From Lachnospiraceae bacterium (GTDB taxonomy: Bacteria; Bacillota; Clostridia; Lachnospirales; Lachnospiraceae), in contig JAILNQ010000125.1 of the NCBI GenBank assembly GCA_024691425.1, forward strand, positions 7,736 through 71,735: DNA of 64,000 nucleotides. Direction: 5' to 3'. A program made the translations under genes and the position numbers. Within the stretch, counting starts at the first letter, position 1; each line of letters starts with the position of its first letter. Below are positions 45,323 through 55,197 of this stretch, one piece after another. The notes under the pieces are model-generated. The model had not been told where the DNA came from, ran no database searches, and saw only the letters and a list, made by a program, of their open reading frames with translations.

Positions 45323-46738
45323 TTGGTCCATCAGTATATGAACAACGGCTATAACATCGTCATGGACGTTGAGAGCGGAAGCGTTCACGTCGTCGACCGT
45401 ATCGCCTATGACGTCATCGCCGTTCTTAATGAGTATTCCGGTACGGCATCATTGAGCGTTCCGGAAGGAGATGGAGTTAAGGCCGTCCCTTACGAGGAAG
45501 TTAAGGAACTTCTCATAAAAAAACTTCCATCATACAAAGAGAGCGAGATAAACGAGGCTTATGAAGAGATCGCCGAGCTTATCGGCGAAGAGGTCCTGTT
45601 CTCTGAAGACATTTACAAAGATGCGATCGCAGAGCATGAAAACCGTGAGGACGTCGTAAAGGCCCTGTGCCTGCACGTCGCCCATGACTGCAACCTTGCG
45701 TGTACATACTGCTTCGCGGGCAAGGGCGAATATCACGGCAAGCGTGAGCTCATGAGCTTTGAGACAGGAAAGAAGGCTCTTGATTTTCTCGTTAAGGCTT
45801 CAAAAGGACGCAGAAACCTTGAGGTTGATTTCTTCGGCGGTGAGCCGCTCATGAACTTCGAGGTTGTAAAGCAGCTTGTTGCTTACGGAAGATCGATCGA
45901 GAAAGAGGCCGGCAAGAATTTCCGTTTCACACTTACGACGAACGGAATCCTGCTTGATGATGAGATACTTGAGTTCGCCAATAAGGAAATGGGCAATCTC
46001 GTCCTTTCGATCGACGGGCGGAAGGAAGTAAACGACAGGATGCGCCCGAGGCTCGGCGGGCAGGGGAGCTATGATGAGATAGTTCCCAAGTTCATGAAAG
46101 CGGCCAAGTCGCGCGATCAGATGAATTATTACGTGCGCGGCACCTATACGGCCAACAACCTTGATTTTTCCGAAGATGTGAAGCATCTTGCCGAACTCGG
46201 ATTTGAGCAGATCTCGGTTGAACCGGTTGTTGCTCCTAAGACGGAGAGCTATGCGATAAAAGAAGAGGATGTCGAAGGCTTGTGCAGAGAGTATGATATC
46301 CTCGCGAAGTATGTTCTTGACAGAAAAAAAGAAGGAAAACCGTTCAATTTCTTCCATTTTATGATAGACTTATCGGGCGGGCCCTGCGCATACAAGAGGC
46401 TTTCCGGGTGCGGATCAGGAACGGAATACCTTGCTGTTGCGCCGAACGGAGACCTTTATCCGTGCCATCAGTTCGTCGGAATGAGCGATTTTCTCATGGG
46501 GAACGTTGATACGGGAGTAACCGCTTTCGGACTGCGTGATAAGTTCAGGAAGATCAGTGTTTATTCGAAGGAAGAATGCCGGGCGTGTTTTGCAAAATTC
46601 CATTGCAGCGGCGGATGCGCCGCGAACGCGTACAACTTCACCGGCGATATTAACGGAGTTTATCCGATAGGCTGTAAACTGCAGAAAAAGCGTGTTGAAT
46701 GCGCTATCATGATAAAAGCGGCAGAGGCTGATCAATAA
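45323..46738 (+). CDS. scfB: SCIFF thioether-forming radical SAM/SPASM maturase
   Basis: 471 aa with TTG start after AGGAGA. MVHQYMNNGYNIVMDVESGSVHVVD N-terminus, radical SAM CNLACTYC, and a C-terminal SPASM Cys clusters (CAYKRLSGCG, CHQF, CRACFAKFHCSGGC). Confidence 0.92.
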   Translation: MVHQYMNNGYNIVMDVESGSVHVVDRIAYDVIAVLNEYSGTASLSVPEGDGVKAVPYEEVKELLIKKLPSYKESEINEAYEEIAELIGEEVLFSEDIYKDAIAEHENREDVVKALCLHVAHDCNLACTYCFAGKGEYHGKRELMSFETGKKALDFLVKASKGRRNLEVDFFGGEPLMNFEVVKQLVAYGRSIEKEAGKNFRFTLTTNGILLDDEILEFANKEMGNLVLSIDGRKEVNDRMRPRLGGQGSYDEIVPKFMKAAKSRDQMNYYVRGTYTANNLDFSEDVKHLAELGFEQISVEPVVAPKTESYAIKEEDVEGLCREYDILAKYVLDRKKEGKPFNFFHFMIDLSGGPCAYKRLSGCGSGTEYLAVAPNGDLYPCHQFVGMSDFLMGNVDTGVTAFGLRDKFRKISVYSKEECRACFAKFHCSGGCAANAYNFTGDINGVYPIGCKLQKKRVECAIMIKAAEADQ

Positions 46739-46765
46739 TAACAGGTTTGAAAGGAAACAAAAGCA

Positions 46766-48985
46766 ATGAAGAAACGGAATGCGATCATAGCGCTTGCGGC
46801 GGTTCTGCTCCTGATAGCGGGATTCGGCTACTCGGTGCTCAACGGACTCGGAGTGGACAAGGTCGGCTCCGCGAAAGGCATCAAGCTCGGACTTGACCTT
46901 GCGGGCGGTGTCAGCATCACATATCAGGCGGTTGGAGAGGAATCTCCCTCGGCAGAGGATATGGATGACACGGTTTACAAGCTTCAGCAGAGGGTTGAGG
47001 GATATTCGACCGAGGCACTCGTTTACAAGGAAGGCTCGGACAGAGTCAACATCGAGATCCCCGGACTTTCGGATGCGAATGCGGTCCTTGAGGAGCTCGG
47101 TAAGCCGGGAAGCCTCTATTTCATCAACCATATTGATTCACAGGGAAATGAGAACTATGATGCAGCAGGCAATCTCACCAAGAGCATCGATGAGCTCATA
47201 GCGGACGGTTCGGTAGTCCTTACCGGAACGAATGTCGTAGAAGCCCGCGCAGGCTCAACAAAGGATGAGATGGGTTCTACGGAATATGTCGTAGAGCTCA
47301 CGCTTGACGAAGAGGGCACGAAGAAGTTCGCTGATGCGACGACAATCGCAGCTCTGACGCAGGATACGATAATGATATATTATGACGGTCATGCAGCTTC
47401 GATACCGGTCGTTAAGACGGCGATCACGGGCGGTATGGCACAGATTTCCGGACAGAGAACTCCTGAAGAGGCAGAACAGCTTGCATCCACGATAAGAATC
47501 GGTGGACTCAAACTTGAGCTTGAAGAACTCCGTTCGAACGTTGTCGGTGCTCAGCTCGGTACTGAAGCTATCAACAGATCGTTAAAAGCTGGACTCATCG
47601 GATTTGCGATCATCGTTGTTTTCATGTGCGCGGTATACTTCATACCCGGACTTGCATCATCGATAGCGCTCGTCCTGTACTGTCTCGTTACAGTGTTCTG
47701 TCTGAATTTCTTCGACATGACGCTCACGCTCCCCGGTATCGCAGGTATCGTCCTGTCGATCGGTATGGCAGTCGATGCGAACGTTATCACCTTCGCGAGA
47801 ATACGTGAGGAGATAGCGCTCGGAAAATCAGTCCGCTCGGCTATTGACGAAGGTTACAAAAAAGCACTTTCGGCTATCATAGACGGTAACGTAACGACAC
47901 TTATCGCGGCATTTGTTCTCGGAGTTATCGGAACCGGTTCGATAAAGGGCTTCGCTCAGACGCTCGCTCTCGGTATCGTCGTATCGATGATCACGGCTCT
48001 GTTCGTGACAAAGCTGATATTAAGATCGTTCTATGCTCTCGGATTCCAGGATGAGAAGTGGTACGGCAGGGCAAAAGAACGCAAGAAGATAGATTTCCTT
48101 TCAAAGAAGACAATATTCATCATAGTTTCAGCAGGTGTGATAGTCATCGGTATCATCACGATGATCGTAAATTCGGCAATGGGAAAACATGCGCTCAACT
48201 TCAGTCTTGAGTTCCTCGGCGGTACATCAACGAACGTTACGTTCAATGAGGATATGGCACTTGCCGACATAGATGCGAAGGTTGTTCCTTCGATCGAGAA
48301 GATCACGGGTGATGCTAACGTCCAGGTCCAGAAGGTTACAGGTTCTAACGAAGTCATCTTCAAGACAAGGGCTCTTACCGTACAGGAAAGAGAAGCGTTC
48401 AACGAGGCAATGGAGACCGAGTTCTCTGTTCCGGCCGATAAGATCGTTGCGGAGACGATAAGCTCCACGATCTCATCAGAAATGTCAAGGGATGCGATAA
48501 TCGCGATATTAGTTGCTACGGTTCTCATGCTCATATACATCTGGTTCAGGTTCAAGGATGTGCGTTTCGGCGCAAGCTCCGTTATCTGCCTTCTGCATGA
48601 CGTCCTCGTCGTAGTCACGTTCTATTCGCTTGCTAGAATAACGGTAGGCTCAACGTTCGTAGCATGCATGCTCACGATCGTCGGTTACTCGATCAATGCG
48701 ACGATCGTTATATTCGACAGAATACGTGAGAAACTCAATACAACGAAGGATGCTCTTGAGACGATAGTAAATGATGCCGTGAATCAGACGCTTTCACGAA
48801 GCCTGTTCACATCGCTGACGACTTTCGTCATGGTTGCGGTGCTCTACATCCTCGGAGTAAGCTCAGTCAAGGAATTCGCGCTTCCGCTCATGATCGGTAT
48901 CATCTGCGGAACATACTCTTCGGTATGCCTTGCGAGCGCAATATGGTACATACTCCGCACCAAGATAGCATCTAAGAATGCTTAA
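46766..48985 (+). CDS. secDF: protein translocase subunit SecDF (fused)
   Basis: 739 aa. SecD periplasmic domain (GLDLAGGVSITYQ), then two 6-TM RND-like bundles (SecD part, then SecF part FLGGTS...). Confidence 0.92.
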   Translation: MKKRNAIIALAAVLLLIAGFGYSVLNGLGVDKVGSAKGIKLGLDLAGGVSITYQAVGEESPSAEDMDDTVYKLQQRVEGYSTEALVYKEGSDRVNIEIPGLSDANAVLEELGKPGSLYFINHIDSQGNENYDAAGNLTKSIDELIADGSVVLTGTNVVEARAGSTKDEMGSTEYVVELTLDEEGTKKFADATTIAALTQDTIMIYYDGHAASIPVVKTAITGGMAQISGQRTPEEAEQLASTIRIGGLKLELEELRSNVVGAQLGTEAINRSLKAGLIGFAIIVVFMCAVYFIPGLASSIALVLYCLVTVFCLNFFDMTLTLPGIAGIVLSIGMAVDANVITFARIREEIALGKSVRSAIDEGYKKALSAIIDGNVTTLIAAFVLGVIGTGSIKGFAQTLALGIVVSMITALFVTKLILRSFYALGFQDEKWYGRAKERKKIDFLSKKTIFIIVSAGVIVIGIITMIVNSAMGKHALNFSLEFLGGTSTNVTFNEDMALADIDAKVVPSIEKITGDANVQVQKVTGSNEVIFKTRALTVQEREAFNEAMETEFSVPADKIVAETISSTISSEMSRDAIIAILVATVLMLIYIWFRFKDVRFGASSVICLLHDVLVVVTFYSLARITVGSTFVACMLTIVGYSINATIVIFDRIREKLNTTKDALETIVNDAVNQTLSRSLFTSLTTFVMVAVLYILGVSSVKEFALPLMIGIICGTYSSVCLASAIWYILRTKIASKNA

Positions 48986-49002
48986 GACGGCAAATGCACA
49001 TG

Positions 49003-49028
49003 AAAGGGGCAGATTCTGCCCCTTTTTT
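49003..49028 (+). terminator. intrinsic terminator after secDF
   Basis: AAGGGGCAG-ATT-CTGCCCCTT followed by TTTT. Confidence 0.8.
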
Positions 49029-49042
49029 ATGTTTATGGTATA

Positions 49043-50803
49043 ATGGCACATATGAGTAAGAAATGGGTTGTAACAGCAAAAAAAGCAGATTTTGACCGTA
49101 TAGCGCAGGAGTTTTCCATAAGTCCGTACCTCGCACGCATCATCAGGAACAGGGATGCGGTTACTGATGAGCAGATAAGCATGTATCTTTGTGCGGATAT
49201 CTCGATGATGCATGATCCGGCGCTTCTTAAGGACATGGAAGAGGCTGCGTCGGTACTTTCCGATGCCATCGAGGCTCAGATTCCTATCAGGATCGTCGGG
49301 GACTATGACATCGACGGCGTATGCGCATCTTATATACTGAAGAAGGGAATCGCGGCCGCCGGCGGTATGGCCGATGTGCGCCTTCCCGAGAGGATGAAGG
49401 ACGGCTACGGTATCAATGAGAACATCATAAGACAGGCTGATGAAGACGGGATCGAGCTCATCATAACGTGCGACAACGGGATCGCCGCCGCAGACGAGAT
49501 AGGACTTGCCTCATCTCTTGGAATGAGCGCTATAGTAACGGATCATCACGAAGTTCCATATGAGGAAAAGGACGGAAAGAAACAGTACCGCATTCCGTTT
49601 GCCGATGCGGTGATCGATCCTAAGAGGCCTGATGATGATTATCCGTTCGAGGGGATATGCGGCGGCATGGTCGCATATAAGCTCATATCATACCTGTATA
49701 ACAGCACGGATATAGGTGAGACGGTAGAAGGAAAGGACAAGCTTTTAGAGGAGTTCCTCTCGTTTGCCGCGTTTGCCACGGTCGGAGATCTCATGGAGCT
49801 TGTCGATGAGAACCGCGTTGCCGTAAAACGCGGACTTGAAATACTGAAGAAGACTGAAAACAAGGGCATGAGGGCTCTCATGGAAGCGACTGGGACTGAT
49901 CCTGAATCTCTTTCGGCATATCACATCGGTTTTGTTTTAGGGCCGTGCATAAACGCAACGGGACGGCTTGAGACGGCTGATGCGGCGCTAGAGCTGTTCT
50001 TCGAGGATTCATATGAAAAAGCCCTCGAGGCGGCAAGAGAATTGGTCAAGATAAACATTAGCCGCAGAAACCTTACGGATGCGTTCACGAACAAAGCCAT
50101 CGCGATGGTAGAAGAAAAGTACAGCGATGACAAGGTGCTTGTCGTATACATGCCCGATTGCCATCAGAGCATAGCCGGGATAGTTGCCGGGAAACTGAAG
50201 GAGAAGTTCTATAAGCCTTCGATCGTCCTGACTGATGATACGGACGGAAACATCAAGGGAAGTGCGAGATCCATAGAAGCGTATTCCATGTACGATGAGC
50301 TTAACAAGGTCAGGGAGCTTTTTGTGAAGTTCGGCGGCCATAAGATGGCGGCAGGGCTTTCAATGCCTGCGGGAACTGCCGACGAGCTGAGACGGCGCCT
50401 CAATGACAGCTGTGCATTAACTGATGATGACATGATAGAAAAGATGCGCATCGACATACCGCTTCCTATCGGCTATGTCAGCGATGAGTTCGTTTCCGAG
50501 CTCGATAAGCTCGAGCCTTTCGGGATTGCCAATCCGAAGCCGCTCTTTGCCGAAAAAAACGTGAAGATAAAGAGCATTGAACTGGCCGGAACTGACAGAA
50601 AAGTGCTCAGGATGAGGCTTGAGGGCCCGGGCCGGGACGGGAATTATAAGTCATTGCCCGCAGTGATCTTCAACGATGCTGAAAAAGCCTATGAAGATCT
50701 TAAGGATAAGGAAACCGTTTCGATTCTGTACCAGGCCGGATTCAATGTTTACAAGGGTACGAAGAGCGTGCAGCTCGTCATAAAGGATTACATTATCCCC
50801 TGA
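49043..50803 (+). CDS. recJ: single-stranded-DNA-specific exonuclease RecJ
   Basis: 586 aa. DHH motifs (VGDYDIDGV, ITCDNG, VTDHHEV) and DHHA1 (GGHKMAAG). The start may instead be ATG 49052 (see findings). Confidence 0.9.
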   Translation: MAHMSKKWVVTAKKADFDRIAQEFSISPYLARIIRNRDAVTDEQISMYLCADISMMHDPALLKDMEEAASVLSDAIEAQIPIRIVGDYDIDGVCASYILKKGIAAAGGMADVRLPERMKDGYGINENIIRQADEDGIELIITCDNGIAAADEIGLASSLGMSAIVTDHHEVPYEEKDGKKQYRIPFADAVIDPKRPDDDYPFEGICGGMVAYKLISYLYNSTDIGETVEGKDKLLEEFLSFAAFATVGDLMELVDENRVAVKRGLEILKKTENKGMRALMEATGTDPESLSAYHIGFVLGPCINATGRLETADAALELFFEDSYEKALEAARELVKINISRRNLTDAFTNKAIAMVEEKYSDDKVLVVYMPDCHQSIAGIVAGKLKEKFYKPSIVLTDDTDGNIKGSARSIEAYSMYDELNKVRELFVKFGGHKMAAGLSMPAGTADELRRRLNDSCALTDDDMIEKMRIDIPLPIGYVSDEFVSELDKLEPFGIANPKPLFAEKNVKIKSIELAGTDRKVLRMRLEGPGRDGNYKSLPAVIFNDAEKAYEDLKDKETVSILYQAGFNVYKGTKSVQLVIKDYIIP

Positions 50804-50996
50804 ACAGATGTAAAAACTGACAGAAAATGAGTAAGGCCTCCGGGGGCGGAGACCTTACCATCTTATGAGGGGGAGATAGTGAGTGTTCATCAACTATCTG
50901 ATTACATGATATTAGGTAATTGTGTTCAATCTGTGATTAAACGGTGAATTATTTCCCGATATTGTTCACAATTGCCGGAAGGACTTGGAAACTGCT

Positions 50997-52493
50997 ATGA
51001 AAACACTTAAGGAACTGTGCAGGGATTTTGAATATGAGGTTCTGTCGGGTACGATGGAAGGGACCTATACGGAATTCGTGACCGACAACAGAAAGCTTGT
51101 CAGGGGCTGCGTATACGTCTGCATAAAGGGCGCAAATTTTGACGGGCATTCGTGCGTTTCTCAGGCCATAGAGGCCGGCGCTCAGCTGATCGTCGTGGAA
51201 AGGCCGCTTGAAGAGCTTGATATCAAGGACGGTACCGGCGGCAGTACGATCATAAGGACAGTGTCCACGAGGGCTGCCATGGCGCATATTTCGTGCGCGC
51301 ATTATGACTATCCCGCCAACAGGCTTTTCACGATAGGGATCACGGGCACTAAGGGAAAGACAACGACTACCTATCTGATAAAATCGATACTTGAGCAGGC
51401 GGGCAGGAAAGTCGGGCTCATCGGCACGATCGAAACGATAATCGGCGATGTGCACACTCCGGCGCTCAATACTACGCCCGATTCACCGGTGCTCCAGAAA
51501 CTTCTTCGCGACATAGCGGACGGGGGATGCGATACCGTTGTGATGGAAGTCAGCAGCCAGGGTCTCATGCTCCACAGGACGCTCGGGATCAATTTCGACA
51601 TCGGCATCTTCACGAATATCGAGCCTGACCATATAGGCCCGAACGAACATACGGATTTCGAACAGTACCTGTCCTGCAAAGCCATGCTGTTCAGACAGTG
51701 CAGGATAGGGATAATAAACGGAGATGACGAGCACGCGGGTGCAATACTTTCCGGCGCGACATGCAGGGCATTGACGTACGGAACGAAGCCGGGCCTTGAC
51801 TATACAGCCGAAAACATCAGATACATCGGGCACGGATCGCATCTCGGAATGGAATTTTCAGTAAACGGGCGCGCGAACTATCCTGTCAGGATCAACATGC
51901 CTGGCATGTTCTCGGTATATAACGGGCTCTGCGCCGTAGCGGTCTGCGACAGCATGGGAATAGATGAGGAGAAGGTAAAGGCCGCGCTTCCCAAAGGACA
52001 TGTGAAGGGCAGGATCGAGCCGGTGAAGGTGAGCAGTGATTTTACGCTCCTTATCGACTATGCACATAATGCGATGGCGCTCGAAAGCCTTCTTACGACG
52101 CTCCGTAAGTACGATCCCGGAAGGCTCGTGTGTCTTTTCGGGTGCGGAGGCAACAGGTCGAGGGACAGGAGGTTCGAGATGGGAGAAGTCTCAGGACGGC
52201 TCGCGGATCTATCGGTCATAACATCAGATAACCCGAGGAACGAGGATCCGCTTGCTATTATCGAGGACATAAAGACAGGAATAAGCAGGACGGACGGACA
52301 ATACGTTGAGATCCCGGACCGCAAGGAAGCAATAAGATACTGCATAGTAAACGGCAGACCGGGCGATATCATAGTGCTCGCAGGCAAAGGCCACGAGGAT
52401 TATCAGGAGATATGCGGCAAGAAATACCCGATGGACGAAAGGGTTCTCATTGCCGAAATACTCGCCGAAGAGGGCATGAGGGCGCCTTCTTGA
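50997..52493 (+). CDS. murE: UDP-N-acetylmuramoyl-L-alanyl-D-glutamate--2,6-diaminopimelate ligase
   Basis: The track ORF begins at TTG 50985. In-frame ATG 50997 is preferred. GITGTKGKTTT P-loop, DYAHN, GCGGNRSRDRR (the DNPR-type m-DAP motif context is present as SDNPRNE). Confidence 0.9.
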   Translation: MKTLKELCRDFEYEVLSGTMEGTYTEFVTDNRKLVRGCVYVCIKGANFDGHSCVSQAIEAGAQLIVVERPLEELDIKDGTGGSTIIRTVSTRAAMAHISCAHYDYPANRLFTIGITGTKGKTTTTYLIKSILEQAGRKVGLIGTIETIIGDVHTPALNTTPDSPVLQKLLRDIADGGCDTVVMEVSSQGLMLHRTLGINFDIGIFTNIEPDHIGPNEHTDFEQYLSCKAMLFRQCRIGIINGDDEHAGAILSGATCRALTYGTKPGLDYTAENIRYIGHGSHLGMEFSVNGRANYPVRINMPGMFSVYNGLCAVAVCDSMGIDEEKVKAALPKGHVKGRIEPVKVSSDFTLLIDYAHNAMALESLLTTLRKYDPGRLVCLFGCGGNRSRDRRFEMGEVSGRLADLSVITSDNPRNEDPLAIIEDIKTGISRTDGQYVEIPDRKEAIRYCIVNGRPGDIIVLAGKGHEDYQEICGKKYPMDERVLIAEILAEEGMRAPS

Positions 52494-52559
52494 TTATATG
52501 GCGTGTTTCTGATATCATTAACCCACTTACTTGAAAGATGAGGTGAAACATCCCCTATC

Positions 52560-53873
52560 ATGGACCCTGACAGTCGATCTATAGTCATCGTTATCATATT
52601 ATTCATAGCGTCCGCGTACTTCGCGCTTACAGAGACCGCGATCGCATCAGTTTCCCGCAGCCGCATAAAGGTCAGGCTCGACAAGGGAGACGTGCGGGCC
52701 AAAAAGGTCATGTATGTGCTCGAGAATTTCGAGGACGCGATCACGACACTTCTCATATGCACAAATGCCGCCCACATCGCAGCAGCTTCCGCTGTAACGG
52801 TCGCTGTAACGAGAAGATGGGGCATAAGCTTCGTGACGGCATCAACTTTCATCATGACTATCGCCATGTTCTTCCTCGGCGAGATGCTTCCAAAGAGCGT
52901 CGGAAAGAAGCTTTCCGAAAAATCAAGCCTTGTCTGCTCAGGGCTTCTTGTTGTGCTCATGAAGATTCTTACCCCCCTGACTTTCATACTCTCGGGCATC
53001 GGGAAGATCACGCTTAAGCTCGCCGGCTCTGGTGACGAGGTATCCGTTACCGAGGACGAGCTCTATGACATAATCGAGGACATGACGGAAGACGGGTCAC
53101 TCGACGAGGAGAGGAGCGAGCTCATATCATCCGCGCTCTCGTTCGGGGACCTCACGGTGAGCTCGATAATGACGCCGAGAGTCGATGTTGAAGGAATAGA
53201 TGTCAACATGCCGAAGGAGAAGATACTCGAAAATCTTCTCGGGCAGAATCATAGCCGTCTCATCGTTTATGACGGCACGATCGACAACGTGGTCGGTGTG
53301 CTGCAGCTGAGACGGTTCCTCAAATCATACATATCGCGAAAGAGCATCCCGAGCATAAAGCGGATGACCGACAAAGTGTATTTCGCCCATCAGAGCATGC
53401 CTATAGACGAACTGTTCGACAACATGACTCAGAACAAGTTCAATATCGCCGTCGTTCTCGACGGCTTCGGAGGCACGCTCGGGATCGTCACGATCGAGGA
53501 CATCATAGAAGAGATAGTCGGCGAGATATGGGACGAGGATGACGAGATCAAGGAACCTATCGTCAATCTGTCAGAAGATACCGTGATCGCGAGCTGCGAT
53601 GAGACCGTGGAGTCTGTGTTCGAAGCGGTCGGTTACGAGGAAAAGGACGATGCCGCAGAGGAGAGGTTCAAGAACCTTCTTCTGTGCGATTTCATATTCG
53701 AAAAGCTCGGAGCAGTGCCTGCGAAGGGAGATTCGTTTGAATACAACAATCTTCGCATTTCTGTTGAGGAAGCGGACCATAACAGAGTCCTTACCGCGAA
53801 GATCGTACGCATGAGTGAATCTTCCGGCGGAACTGATACGTCTTCATCCGAGGAAACGGAGGTGAAGTCATGA
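52560..53873 (+). CDS. CNNM/HlyC-CorC family transporter (DUF21-CBS pair-CorC_HlyC)
   Basis: 437 aa. N-terminal 4-TM DUF21 (FALTETAIASVS), CBS pair, and a C-terminal CorC_HlyC domain. Confidence 0.88.
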   Translation: MDPDSRSIVIVIILFIASAYFALTETAIASVSRSRIKVRLDKGDVRAKKVMYVLENFEDAITTLLICTNAAHIAAASAVTVAVTRRWGISFVTASTFIMTIAMFFLGEMLPKSVGKKLSEKSSLVCSGLLVVLMKILTPLTFILSGIGKITLKLAGSGDEVSVTEDELYDIIEDMTEDGSLDEERSELISSALSFGDLTVSSIMTPRVDVEGIDVNMPKEKILENLLGQNHSRLIVYDGTIDNVVGVLQLRRFLKSYISRKSIPSIKRMTDKVYFAHQSMPIDELFDNMTQNKFNIAVVLDGFGGTLGIVTIEDIIEEIVGEIWDEDDEIKEPIVNLSEDTVIASCDETVESVFEAVGYEEKDDAAEERFKNLLLCDFIFEKLGAVPAKGDSFEYNNLRISVEEADHNRVLTAKIVRMSESSGGTDTSSSEETEVKS

Positions 53874-55141
53874 CCGGCATAGTGATCATCGGGATAGGCA
53901 TAATACTGTGCATCGTCCTCTCAGGCGTATTCTCTGCATCCGAGATGGCTATAAGCTCCTGCAATACCGTAAGGATGGAGAACGAGGCCGAGGACGGCGA
54001 TAAAAGGGCCAGGAGGGTGCTTGCGCTCAATAAGGATTACGACAACACGCTCTCGACGGTCCTTCTTACGAACAACCTTGTGAATATAGCCGCCTCTTCA
54101 TTGAGTACGGTTTACATAATATTGCTGACGGGAAGTGATGACCTGAACTGGCTGATAACGGCCATAGTGACTGTTCTCATCATAATCTTCGGTGAGACCG
54201 TACCTAAGATCATCAGCAAGAAGCATGCGAATTCCCTGTCAAAGGGGATGTCGCTTTTTGTCAGGTCGCTCTGCATCATCCTCTGGCCCGTCAACTTCCT
54301 CGTTGTCTCACTGGTCGGCCTGATCACGAAACCGCTCGGGAAGAATGAGAAGACCGATGATGATGAGGTTGTGGAAGAGCTTCAGGCGATAATCGAGACT
54401 GCAGAAGACGAAGGCGTGATAGATGCCGACCGTTCGGAAATAGTTGCTGCGGCGATCGATTTTTCCGAAGTGTCCGCATCCGATGTCATGACGGCAAGGG
54501 TCGATATCGAAGCTATCGATATAGAAGATCCGATCGGCAGGATAATAAAGCAGGTTTCAAGGTCGCGTAAGAGCCGTTTCCCGGTTTACGAGGGCAGCAT
54601 AGACAACATTATAGGAGTCATGCACCTGAACCCGTTCTTAAAGGCCGTAGCTTCAGGAGCGGATCCCGACATAAGATCGATAATGAACGAGCCGTGCTAT
54701 GTATATAAGACTGCAAAGCTTCCTCACGTACTTGACGTGCTGAAAGATGCAAGGCAGCATCTCGCGATAGTCACGGACGAATACAGCGGGACAGACGGAA
54801 TTGTAACGATGGAGGATGTGCTCGAGGAGATCGTCGGGGACATCTGGGACGACAATGACGAGATAGAGGAAGAAGTCATCGAATCCGACAAAGGCGAGCT
54901 GATCGTTGACGGAGACATGCCGATAGGCGATTTTCTCGAGAGGCTCGGAATAGATGAGGATGATTTTGACTATGAGAGCATAACCGCCGGCGGATGGGCC
55001 ATAGAGTTCATGGGAGACTTCCCGAAGGAAGGCGATTCCTTTGATTACGGCAATTACCATATTGCCGTTACGGAGGCGGGAGAGCGAAGGGTCGGAAGGC
55101 TTTTGGTCACGCAGCTGCAGCAGGCGGAAGATGAGAAGTAA
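53870..55141 (+). CDS. CNNM/HlyC-CorC family transporter (paralogue)
   Basis: 423 aa with ATGA overlap on the previous gene and the same domain order (FSASEMAISS..., CBS pair, CorC_HlyC). Confidence 0.88.
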   Translation: MTGIVIIGIGIILCIVLSGVFSASEMAISSCNTVRMENEAEDGDKRARRVLALNKDYDNTLSTVLLTNNLVNIAASSLSTVYIILLTGSDDLNWLITAIVTVLIIIFGETVPKIISKKHANSLSKGMSLFVRSLCIILWPVNFLVVSLVGLITKPLGKNEKTDDDEVVEELQAIIETAEDEGVIDADRSEIVAAAIDFSEVSASDVMTARVDIEAIDIEDPIGRIIKQVSRSRKSRFPVYEGSIDNIIGVMHLNPFLKAVASGADPDIRSIMNEPCYVYKTAKLPHVLDVLKDARQHLAIVTDEYSGTDGIVTMEDVLEEIVGDIWDDNDEIEEEVIESDKGELIVDGDMPIGDFLERLGIDEDDFDYESITAGGWAIEFMGDFPKEGDSFDYGNYHIAVTEAGERRVGRLLVTQLQQAEDEK

Positions 55142-55168
55142 AAGATACGGAAAAATGCTTGATAATGC

Positions 55169-55197
55169 TTGCAAACAGACGTAACTTGTGGTAAATT
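55169..55197 (+). promoter_or_regulatory. sigma-A-type promoter of the rpsB-tsf operon
   Basis: TTGCAA (55169-55174), 17 nt, TGgTAAATT (extended -10, 55189-55197). Confidence 0.6.

Noticed and set aside
45154-45354. 66-aa + strand ORF listed in the track.
   Set aside because: It overlaps scfA in a different frame and runs into the scfB start. The conserved SCIFF peptide frame and the scfB frame explain the region.
46415-47131. 238-aa minus-strand ORF across the scfB/secDF junction.
   Set aside because: It is antisense to two well-supported genes and has no motifs or RBS.
50831-50858. Strong hairpin 27 nt after recJ (GTAAGGCCTCCG-GGGG-CGGAGACCTTAC), considered as a terminator.
   Set aside because: The 12-bp stem has one mismatch and no U-tract follows (CATCTTATG). 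I cannot call it an intrinsic terminator. It may be a stabilising stem-loop or a Rho-dependent site, and it is left unassigned.
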